63,483 bases of DNA from an uncultured virus (IMG/VR IMGVR_UViG_3300022926_000002) (taxonomy: Duplodnaviria > Heunggongvirae > Uroviricota > Caudoviricetes), in IMG/VR virus record IMGVR_UViG_3300022926_000002. The stretch is one strand, 5' to 3'. The position numbers were made by a program, and so were the translations under genes. Shown here in pieces: positions 1-8,618 of the stretch. The notes under the pieces were generated by a model that did no database searches, was not told where the DNA came from, and saw only the letters and a program-made list of their open reading frames with translations. The first letter of the stretch is position 1. Every line of letters starts with the position of its first letter.

Positions 1-3000
1 CGTTAATGCCATTCATACGTGAAGTTGAGGCGGGGTTTGTGTAATAGCCTGTGTCATTTTGGTCATAGAAAAGTGGTGCCCGGAATGACCCGCGTGCTTC
101 AAAATAGCTAGATCTTGTACGACCTTCCCAAGTACCGTTATAATAAATGTAGGTGATATAATCTTCATCAGCATAAATAATTGCTTCACCGTTATCGTGG
201 TACATTGAGAAAATTGACCCATCATCATCCCAATAGTGTCTACCACAGGCTGTGCCATTACTATCACGGTAATAAATTTCACCGTGGTCGTTGTTATTTG
301 AACGAATATTGAAAGTATCACCGTCATCATCGTATAAATCCCAACCATCATTGAACTGAAGGAAGTTAAGATTAATTTGGTTCATACGAGAAGTTGATGC
401 AAAGTCTCCGTAATAAGCACTGTCGTTTGAGTCGTAATAACGGCCTGCATACATTGATCCGCCGTTTGTACTGTTTTCATCAAGTACAGGAATTGTTCTC
501 CAAGATCTAAACGAACTACCCCAAGTTGAGCGGAACCGAAGGTTTGTAATCGGACCACCAACCATTTGCCAACCATAACGGTTGCTACCGTTTGAGTAGT
601 GATATGACTGAATACCAACCCAGTGAGAAGTACCTGAAGGCTGGTTGCCTGGGTTTGACCACGAGTCAATAAATCCTGAACCCCAGTCAGCAACAGTGGA
701 GGTCATATCTTGACGACCCCAACCCATGGCGCCTGTCCAATAGTCGCTGTTACTTGTAATACGAATACGAGCACGATAGTATTCACCACTATCACGAGTA
801 TGCCCAGGCATTGATAGGTAAGACATTGTTTGGTTGTTCACACCACGGAAACGAGTAGAGTTGGTTGAACCGCCGTTAAACATACCAAAGGTATCATTTG
901 AGTCATACCATAATTGACCGCGTGCCGATGAACCTTCAAACAGACCGTAGTCAGCACCAACAATTCTAAATCTCCAACTTGCACCGTTATTAAGGAAACC
1001 AACGTTGTTACCATTGTCGGCATACACATAGCCACGAACGGTACCAGCATACTCATCTCTAAACCTAATACCGTTTGCGCCGGTGCCACCAGCAATGTTC
1101 CAATAATCATCGTTATCAGAATACCAATGTTGCCCTGATCCTTGGTTATATAGACCTTCACCAGAGTTATCGTTGCGGAACCAGTTTCTTGCATAGAATT
1201 CGTTACCACGAACACCGGTGTTAAAGTTAGAGAATGACGATGGATCACAATAGTAACCAGTATTATTTGAGTCATAAAAGATTGGTGCTCGGAGTGAGCT
1301 TGATGCTTGTGTTACACCATCATTTCTTGCTTGGAATACCCAAGTGTTTGTAATATTACCTGAACCGGCACCATGTTGTCCAAGATATATACCAGATCCG
1401 TTATCGTTATTGTTATTTGAGTCGGCATTAAAATAAAAGTTGTTATATGAGTTAAATCTCAAATCATCAGAAATACCACCACCGTTATTACGTGAGGAAA
1501 TACTATGATAATCAGAATCATTACCGTAGAATGTGATAAAGTCACCGCGGTCACGCATATCGAGCCTATCAGCACGAACTGTAACCATTTCAGATGTTGA
1601 ATTTGGATTTACATAGTAACCTGTGTTGTTACTATCATAAAAGATTGGTGCTCTTAAAGATGAGCCAGCTTGCAAGTTATTATTAACATAGACGTTATTT
1701 GCACCTAAAGGATCAGAACCGTTGTTAACTGACATAACCTGAGTAGCCATGTTATAATCATTATAAAAACGCATACCTTGGTAGCTAGCGTTTGCACCAA
1801 ACTTAATACCTGTATGGAATGCAATGCGCATATCTGGGTATGGGTATGACCAACCACCAGATTCTCGGTAAATAGCGTAAGCAGTAGATCTTCCTGAATC
1901 CCAGTATAAACCAAAGCCATCGTTAGAAGAAACAGCGCCATCATTTGTAAAGTAATTGGCTCGGACGTTATTAAATCGAGAAGTACTTGCCGGATCTGCG
2001 TAATAGGACGTGTTATTTCGGTCATACATAATCGGTGTATCAATTCTTGAATTGAACAACGTCTGACCATCGCCACGCATAATAACATTCCATTGGCCAC
2101 CTACACCGCCATCACGGAATGAGATATCCTCACCACCTGATGTTGCAATAATTAAGTGAGCATCATTAGTATCAGTAGATTGAATATACCCACGAGTGTT
2201 TCCTGCTGATGTTTGGAAATGAGCAATACCACCACTAACATGGTATGTGGTATTAACATTAATTTGGTTCATACGTGAAGTCGATGCAAAGTTACCATAA
2301 TAACCTGTATTATCTAGGTCATAGAATATCGGTGCACGGAACGAACCGTTTTGTGATACATATCCGTCTGAGTTATAAAGACGGTGACCGTATGTTAGTT
2401 TCCAATGTTTTGTTGGATAAGAGTCATTACCACCTAATGCAACATACATCCCGGTATCATTATCACCCCAACCACTTGCTCTTTTATAAAGACCCACGTT
2501 CATATGAGTTCTATAACCTGAGTTATATAAAGCAGTTGTATGTATAAGTGGCAAGAACGTGTTTGTTGTTCCTACATTTGTATCACGGTTTCTTGTTGAA
2601 ATAGGAGCATTTGTTAAGCTTGTAACAGCAGTTGCGTCATAATCCAACACATTATCAATATACATAATACCATTGAATGTCGCCGTACTTGCAGTACTTA
2701 GTGAACCATTCAGCGTTAAGCTATTAAATACTGATGTACTCGCCATATTTGCGTAGTAGCCTGTATTATCTTGGTCATAGAAAATTGGTGCTCGATAAGA
2801 ACCGCGAGCTTGCATATAACCGCTTGCTGATACTTCTTCCCACTGTCCATTATAATACAATTCAGTACGGCCGTTGTCAAACCATCTTGTCATCCATTCG
2901 TTGCGCGTATCGTTATAGATACCTGCTTCTGCTGAGCCGTTTGACATAAAGACCCAGTCATTACGAATTGCATAACCAGCCCAAGAACTTGTTTTATCAC

Positions 3001-6000
3001 CTTCAACTCTAATTGAACCGTAGTCACCTGATGGTGAGTCAATTATGTATTCCGAACCATCAAGCTGAATTTGATTAACACGAATAACATTCATACGTGA
3101 GGTTGATGCAAAGTCACCATAGTAATCTGTGTTGTTTGAGTCATAAAAAATTGGTGAACGCATTTGAGCAGGAGCGATAGCATAACCTGATCTTGTTTCT
3201 AATTGTACTACGTTATGCGCATATATTTTAACCTTATTGGTGTTACCATTTGATCCATCGTTCTGTGCAACAATTATATTATGAGAACCACCTGAACCAC
3301 CGCGGAGATGAAGTCCACGATAAACATTCCAATACATTCCATCAAAGCCAGTATTAGCTGCGCCGCGAGCGCCAGGTCCGCCATAATAATGGTTCCAAAG
3401 AACGTGGTTAGTATCAGTACCGCCGTTAAACCATATACTGTTATGAGTATAAGCACGATTTAATCTTAAACCGTAATTTCTTATTTCTACATTATGTAAA
3501 ACTGATTGGCTATTAGGATCAACAAAATAGTTGCCATCGTTTGCATCAACAAATCTTTGAGCATGGGAATAACGACCAGTGAATGTGTCACCATCAGACT
3601 CAATACGGAAACGTGATGTTCCTGCACCTGATCCTGTTGTGAAGTGGAGATTACCACCGGAGTTGGTTGTCAAATTATTTGGAGATTCATAAATCTTCCA
3701 ATCATTACCGCCTTTCCAACGAATACCTTCTTGAGGACCTGGGTCATTGAATGAAAGATTGTTTAGATTTTCAATTGAACCGTTTGTCCAATCCCAAGAA
3801 CCTGCAACCTTACCGCCCGAAGCAGGGTTCATAAAGTAAGCAGTATTATCTCTATCTCTAAAGTTACTAGCATCAACTATATTCATTTTAGATGTGCTTG
3901 ACGGATCAACGTAATAAGAATTATTATCAGAGTCAATCATACTTGCAGCATAAATGCTATCAGGTGTACGAATACGGTTTTGAATATTTGAGCGTTTTAG
4001 AATTGGTGGACCGTACTCACGAAGAGCACCACCTGTGCTATGATTCATTAATAGACGGATACGAATGTATTTACAACCTGCGCCGTCAGAACCATTATAA
4101 ACTGTATGGCTTGTTGGAATTGTTGTATATCCACGGTATGTTTGCCACGAAGTAGATGTTTGGTTTGAGTTACTTGCAACAAAGTACGTGGTGCCTGCAT
4201 TAGAAGAAATTGGCTTTTTATCTTTATCGTATCTTTCAATACCATAATAAACAACACCGCCTGAACCAGATATTGTTCTTACTGAAACCTCACCGTAAAT
4301 TTCTTCGCCAGGTTCAACAGGAATATAATCAGAATAGAAATCACGGTATCCCGACGTTCTTAGTGCGTAAGTTGCAGAGAATGGGCCGTTACCGTTTTTA
4401 ACGTATTCACTTGTTACAGTGGTAGGTCCATTTTCAGCACCTTGTAATGCTTTGATTGCGCGCTTTTCCCAATACTCAGTTCCGTCAAATACCATGGTTT
4501 CGGCAAAGCCTGGTCCATAAACTGGGTTCAATGATATATTTTCATTGCCTGCGTTTAGATTATAGTTTGAGGCAGCCATTTCACCATCAATGAGCATATC
4601 GCCGTCTTCATTGATACGTGCTTTATCGCCAATGCCGTTGAAGTGAATAATAAAGGCATCTCTATCACCTGATCCTGAATTATAATTATCGTGGACAATC
4701 CATGGGTAATTACCATTGTTTGTAAACGAGAGATTGCTGTTACGGAAACCTGCAAGATATCTGTTATTATGCCAAATTCCTAATGGATATGATCCACCAA
4801 TATAGTCACCGCCATTGCCGAGTGCCAATTGGTTCATACGAGATTTTGCATTAAAGTCACCACGATAGGCAGTATCGTTACTATCATAATAAATTGGTGA
4901 ACGCATTTGAACCGGTGCTAAAGCATAACCGACTTCTGCTGAAATTTGGTGAACACCATTTCCATACAAACGAGTCCAACTGTTTCTATCAGCATATAAT
5001 ACCCACTCATTATCAGTATCGTTATAAAGACCCATATTGGACAAGCTGTCTGACATAAATACCCAGTCATTTTCAATGGCATAACCTGCGTAACCGCCTT
5101 TACCACCTTGTACCATAATAGTACCGTACTGACCTGATGGTGAGTCAATAATATATGATGTTTGGTCCATTTGAATTTGATTTAGGTGAATAACATTCAT
5201 ACGTGAAGTTGATGCAAAGTCACCAAAGTAAGAAACATTGTTTGAGTCAACAAATACTGGTGCACGCATTTCTGCGGTGTGAGAAATCCTGTCCGCATTA
5301 ATAATCGTGTGGTTTACGCCGTCGGTATAGAATTTATAACCAACATCAGAGTTGAACCACATATGGTCACTCTCGATACCGATTGAGTAATCTCTGCCTG
5401 ATCCAATAGGATAAAGAATTAATCTTGCACCTGTTGTGGCATCGGTAGCCGTTGGAGCATTTGGTGTTTCGGTATCAAATTCAATCTGATGCATAACAGA
5501 CTTGCCAGCAAAATCACCATAATAGTCATTATCATTATAGTCATAGTATATTGGGAAATAGGCATAAGAAGTTGCGTCAAAGGCATATGCACCGCCATCG
5601 TGGTAAGTAGGCTTATTAAAAAAGAACCTAGCACGGTCAGTATCAAAATGCGAATACGTTGCATCCATTGGACCAATATCAACACGGCCAGTTGGTGTTG
5701 AGAATCTATGAGCAGAGTTAGTATTTGGGTTCCAGCTATAATCTGTATCGGCGCTATCTTTAAAGATTGGCGCACGGATTTCGTGGTCAATTTGAGCATA
5801 TGTGTTATTAATAACAGCACGGCGTGTTCCGCCTGTGTAGAATACTTGCTGATCTGCGGCATCAAAACCAAAATAGTTATTTGTATCACCTTTATGGATA
5901 ATATAATCATCAAGCTGAATTTGGTTCATTACTGATGTGCCAGCAAACTCACCTCTATAATTGGTGTCAGTATAATCGTAATAAATTTCAGCATACATAT

Positions 6001-8578
6001 TACCCGCGGTGGATATGTTTTTACCGTTGCGTACTTTAACGTCATTGGCATCGGTCATATAGAAACCGCCACCTTGACCAAACCCAAGCTCATTATTTTT
6101 AAAGAACGAGGCAGTACCGTTACCTACAACATAAGCATCATCGTTGCTATTTAATTGAACTGATCCGTTGACGTGTAGTTTATTATCTGTATTAGTACCA
6201 ACAAGCGGTGTCATATCACCAGTAGTATATTGTGCAGTTTGGTCACCGACAACAACATCGCCTGTGCTTGTATCGGCACTTAACGTAAAATTTGCACCTG
6301 AGTCAATAATATAGAAACCTGCATCACCTTCCATAACATTGTAAATATTTCTGAACTGGTCACCACGAATGGATAGGTCAGTTGAATCACCATCACTGAA
6401 ATCAACATATCGGTTTGTCGAAGCAAATGGGTTCGCTCCCATTGTTGAAGTTTGTTTAATACTCAATGGCGAAGTTGGTGCTACATTAATACCAAAGTTT
6501 ACACCTGTCTGCAATGCAGTTGAACTTGAGTCAAGTGTTGTTACTCCACCTACAACTAATTCAAAATTATCATCGGAGTCATATCCGAAATAAGTATCAG
6601 GATCACCGTTGTGTTTTATATAATCATTAATGATTACGTTATTCGTAAATGTAGTTGCAGCATCTGTAATTTGAACTCTGACAGCACCACCTGTTGATAA
6701 ATCAATCTGATCCGTACCGAATGAAAGTTTAGTATCGGTATCACCATTGTGGAATAAGTCATCATCAATACCAATATCATTTATAACTGATGTTCCTGCA
6801 GGATCAACAAGATATGCATTGTTATCTGAGTCGAGTAATCTTGGTGCAATCAAATCAACTGATGATGTAACCGCACTATTAGTAATTTCTAATCTTGTTG
6901 CTCCACCTGTGTCCAAATCAATTGTGTCGGTGTCAAACGAAAGTTTAGTATCAGTATCGCCGTTATGGAAAAGATCACTATTAATTCCAATCGTATTCAT
7001 TACTGATGTACCGGCAAAGTCACCAAGGTACGTATTATCATCACTATCTAAATATCGAGGAGCCTTTACATCAACCGATGCTGTAACTGCAGTATTAGAA
7101 ATTTCTAATCTTGATGTGCCACCTGTTGCTAAATCAATTTGATCTGTATCAAATGAAATCTTTGTGTCAGTATCACCATTATGGAATAAGTCATCGTCTA
7201 AACCAACTGAATGTAAAACTGAGTCACCAGCAGGATCAACAAGATAACTATTATCGTCGGCATCTACAAACCTTGGAGCAATTGCATCGCCTGTGCTTGT
7301 GATGGTACCGGTTATTTCTGTTCCTGTTGTGCTTACATCAATTTGCTTTACACCGTTGAGATATAGTACCCAACTATCATCGGCATCAAAACCAAAATAT
7401 GAATTTAAATCACCATTGTGGCTAACGTAATCATCAATAGATATTGAGGCAAGTACTGATCCACTTGCAGGATCAACAAGATAAGTATTATCATCAGCAT
7501 CTACGAATTGTTTTGCAACTATGTTATTATCAACAACCCAATCAAAACTTGTATTTAATTGAGCACCGTAGTTTTGGTCAGGTTTTAAGAAACCAATTAC
7601 ACCGTTGTTTGAATAAAGTACACCGTCTGTACCTGAGCCGTCAAGGTTAATTCTTGCACCGCCGACATTATCACCAATAGTCAAATTACCTTCAATAGTG
7701 ATATTACCTGTTGCGGTATCATCAGCATCAGAACGTAGGAATTGTTCTGCTTCTAATCCGTCAACTGTATCAGCATCAAACGAGTTACCTGAGCCTTCAT
7801 CGGCTGTTGTAATGATACGACCTAAATCTGTGCCATCTGAAATGAGTTTAAAGTAATCATTTGTTTCATCCCATTGTATAGAAGAAACACTTTCATCACC
7901 ACGAAGTACTTCCCAACCAGCGTTTTCTGTTGGTGTACCTGATGTAAAATTAGAATTAAGAGTAAGAATATTATCAGCAATTAAAACGGTTTCAGTATTT
8001 ACAGTAGTTGTTGTACCGTTGATTGTTAGATTACCAGTAATAATATAATTACCGTCCAATGTATCATCGGTATCTGAACGTACGAATTGTGTTGAATCTA
8101 AAGCATCAAGTAAGTCGGCATCAAGGCCTGATCCTGTACCGTCGTTTCCTGCGTTCCAAAATACGTTACCCAGGTATGTTGGTTCACGTTTGAAATCAAT
8201 ACCACCGCTATCAAACTCTAGGTCAACAACATCATTATAAAGAATTTGAATACCAGGCGTTCCATCATAAAATATGATAGAGTTATCTTGACCTGTGTTT
8301 GTAAGTTTATAGTCACCTGCGGAAATATATTGAATTTCCATTGAGTCTTGTGCTTCACCACGGAACCTTGCAACAATAGGATTATTGAGAAGTCCTGCAT
8401 CATTGAAAATATCAATAGATGGTGTAGAACCAGTCGATTGCTGAACCGTTAATTGTCCTGAAAGTTTACTTGGTCCTGTTACCTGAAGTTTATTTGTACC
8501 ATCATCGGTAGTGGTACCTACAACAACATTATTTTGGGTCTGCAGACCATGCTTTACTATAAATTTCTTATCGGCCAC
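1..8578 (-). CDS. Giant modular tail fibre/adhesin, >2859 aa, 3'-partial (runs off the left edge; absent from the ORF track)
   Basis: GTG at 8578 after GGGGAGAG and a late promoter at 8611-8618. Manual translation reads MADKKFIVKHGLQTQNNVVVG... and ends in the same frame at ...GSFRAPLFYDQNDTGYYTNPASTSRMNGIN at the window edge; no stop seen. Contains fibre motifs GSGLDADLLD, HNGDTDT repeats and ~20 APIFYDxxNTxYYxDPASTS linkers. Confidence 0.9.
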   Translation of the reverse strand, partial: MADKKFIVKHGLQTQNNVVVGTTTDDGTNKLQVTGPSKLSGQLTVQQSTGSTPSIDIFNDAGLLNNPIVARFRGEAQDSMEIQYISAGDYKLTNTGQDNSIIFYDGTPGIQILYNDVVDLEFDSGGIDFKREPTYLGNVFWNAGNDGTGSGLDADLLDALDSTQFVRSDTDDTLDGNYIITGNLTINGTTTTVNTETVLIADNILTLNSNFTSGTPTENAGWEVLRGDESVSSIQWDETNDYFKLISDGTDLGRIITTADEGSGNSFDADTVDGLEAEQFLRSDADDTATGNITIEGNLTIGDNVGGARINLDGSGTDGVLYSNNGVIGFLKPDQNYGAQLNTSFDWVVDNNIVAKQFVDADDNTYLVDPASGSVLASISIDDYVSHNGDLNSYFGFDADDSWVLYLNGVKQIDVSTTGTEITGTITSTGDAIAPRFVDADDNSYLVDPAGDSVLHSVGLDDDLFHNGDTDTKISFDTDQIDLATGGTSRLEISNTAVTASVDVKAPRYLDSDDNTYLGDFAGTSVMNTIGINSDLFHNGDTDTKLSFDTDTIDLDTGGATRLEITNSAVTSSVDLIAPRLLDSDNNAYLVDPAGTSVINDIGIDDDLFHNGDTDTKLSFGTDQIDLSTGGAVRVQITDAATTFTNNVIINDYIKHNGDPDTYFGYDSDDNFELVVGGVTTLDSSSTALQTGVNFGINVAPTSPLSIKQTSTMGANPFASTNRYVDFSDGDSTDLSIRGDQFRNIYNVMEGDAGFYIIDSGANFTLSADTSTGDVVVGDQTAQYTTGDMTPLVGTNTDNKLHVNGSVQLNSNDDAYVVGNGTASFFKNNELGFGQGGGFYMTDANDVKVRNGKNISTAGNMYAEIYYDYTDTNYRGEFAGTSVMNQIQLDDYIIHKGDTNNYFGFDAADQQVFYTGGTRRAVINNTYAQIDHEIRAPIFKDSADTDYSWNPNTNSAHRFSTPTGRVDIGPMDATYSHFDTDRARFFFNKPTYHDGGAYAFDATSYAYFPIYYDYNDNDYYGDFAGKSVMHQIEFDTETPNAPTATDATTGARLILYPIGSGRDYSIGIESDHMWFNSDVGYKFYTDGVNHTIINADRISHTAEMRAPVFVDSNNVSYFGDFASTSRMNVIHLNQIQMDQTSYIIDSPSGQYGTIMVQGGKGGYAGYAIENDWVFMSDSLSNMGLYNDTDNEWVLYADRNSWTRLYGNGVHQISAEVGYALAPVQMRSPIYYDSNDTAYRGDFNAKSRMNQLALGNGGDYIGGSYPLGIWHNNRYLAGFRNSNLSFTNNGNYPWIVHDNYNSGSGDRDAFIIHFNGIGDKARINEDGDMLIDGEMAASNYNLNAGNENISLNPVYGPGFAETMVFDGTEYWEKRAIKALQGAENGPTTVTSEYVKNGNGPFSATYALRTSGYRDFYSDYIPVEPGEEIYGEVSVRTISGSGGVVYYGIERYDKDKKPISSNAGTTYFVASNSNQTSTSWQTYRGYTTIPTSHTVYNGSDGAGCKYIRIRLLMNHSTGGALREYGPPILKRSNIQNRIRTPDSIYAASMIDSDNNSYYVDPSSTSKMNIVDASNFRDRDNTAYFMNPASGGKVAGSWDWTNGSIENLNNLSFNDPGPQEGIRWKGGNDWKIYESPNNLTTNSGGNLHFTTGSGAGTSRFRIESDGDTFTGRYSHAQRFVDANDGNYFVDPNSQSVLHNVEIRNYGLRLNRAYTHNSIWFNGGTDTNHVLWNHYYGGPGARGAANTGFDGMYWNVYRGLHLRGGSGGSHNIIVAQNDGSNGNTNKVKIYAHNVVQLETRSGYAIAPAQMRSPIFYDSNNTDYYGDFASTSRMNVIRVNQIQLDGSEYIIDSPSGDYGSIRVEGDKTSSWAGYAIRNDWVFMSNGSAEAGIYNDTRNEWMTRWFDNGRTELYYNGQWEEVSASGYMQARGSYRAPIFYDQDNTGYYANMASTSVFNSLTLNGSLSTASTATFNGIMYIDNVLDYDATAVTSLTNAPISTRNRDTNVGTTNTFLPLIHTTALYNSGYRTHMNVGLYKRASGWGDNDTGMYVALGGNDSYPTKHWKLTYGHRLYNSDGYVSQNGSFRAPIFYDLDNTGYYGNFASTSRMNQINVNTTYHVSGGIAHFQTSAGNTRGYIQSTDTNDAHLIIATSGGEDISFRDGGVGGQWNVIMRGDGQTLFNSRIDTPIMYDRNNTSYYADPASTSRFNNVRANYFTNDGAVSSNDGFGLYWDSGRSTAYAIYRESGGWSYPYPDMRIAFHTGIKFGANASYQGMRFYNDYNMATQVMSVNNGSDPLGANNVYVNNNLQAGSSLRAPIFYDSNNTGYYVNPNSTSEMVTVRADRLDMRDRGDFITFYGNDSDYHSISSRNNGGGISDDLRFNSYNNFYFNADSNNNNDNGSGIYLGQHGAGSGNITNTWVFQARNDGVTQASSSLRAPIFYDSNNTGYYCDPSSFSNFNTGVRGNEFYARNWFRNDNSGEGLYNQGSGQHWYSDNDDYWNIAGGTGANGIRFRDEYAGTVRGYVYADNGNNVGFLNNGASWRFRIVGADYGLFEGSSARGQLWYDSNDTFGMFNGGSTNSTRFRGVNNQTMSYLSMPGHTRDSGEYYRARIRITSNSDYWTGAMGWGRQDMTSTVADWGSGFIDSWSNPGNQPSGTSHWVGIQSYHYSNGSNRYGWQMVGGPITNLRFRSTWGSSFRSWRTIPVLDENSTNGGSMYAGRYYDSNDSAYYGDFASTSRMNQINLNFLQFNDGWDLYDDDGDTFNIRSNNNDHGEIYYRDSNGTACGRHYWDDDGSIFSMYHDNGEAIIYADEDYITYIYYNGTWEGRTRSSYFEARGSFRAPLFYDQNDTGYYTNPASTSRMNGIN
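10..7520 (-). repeat. Dispersed coding repeat: ~20 copies of the linker (R)APxFYDxxNTxYYxD[PF]AS[TG]SxMN
   Basis: Copies near 62, 430, 905 (degenerate), 1270, 1635, 2020, 2320, 2775, 3140, 3545, 3850, 3930, 4880, 5245, 5535, 5750, 5970, 6820, 7040, 7260 and 7500. DNA 3082-3119 and 5188-5225 match at 37 of 38 nt. Confidence 0.85.
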
Positions 8579-8610
8579 GGTTCACTCTCCCCAGTTGGCG
8601 TTATTTTATC

Positions 8611-8618
8611 TATTTATA
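8611..8618 (-). promoter_or_regulatory. T4-type late promoter TATAAATA
   Basis: Exact TATAAATA on the minus strand about 33 nt upstream of the giant fibre start; overlaps the upstream gene's stop codon. Confidence 0.8.

Noticed and set aside
10..7520. CRISPR array, shufflon or DGR reading of the fibre repeats
   Set aside because: The repeats are degenerate, in-frame, all direct and irregularly spaced. No cas gene, invertase, reverse transcriptase or adenine-specific TR/VR pair was seen in the window.
13..8415. The many short ORFs listed on both strands in 1-8.5 kb
   Set aside because: They are shadow frames of the single giant minus-strand ORF starting at 8578, which the track missed because it has no stop in the window.
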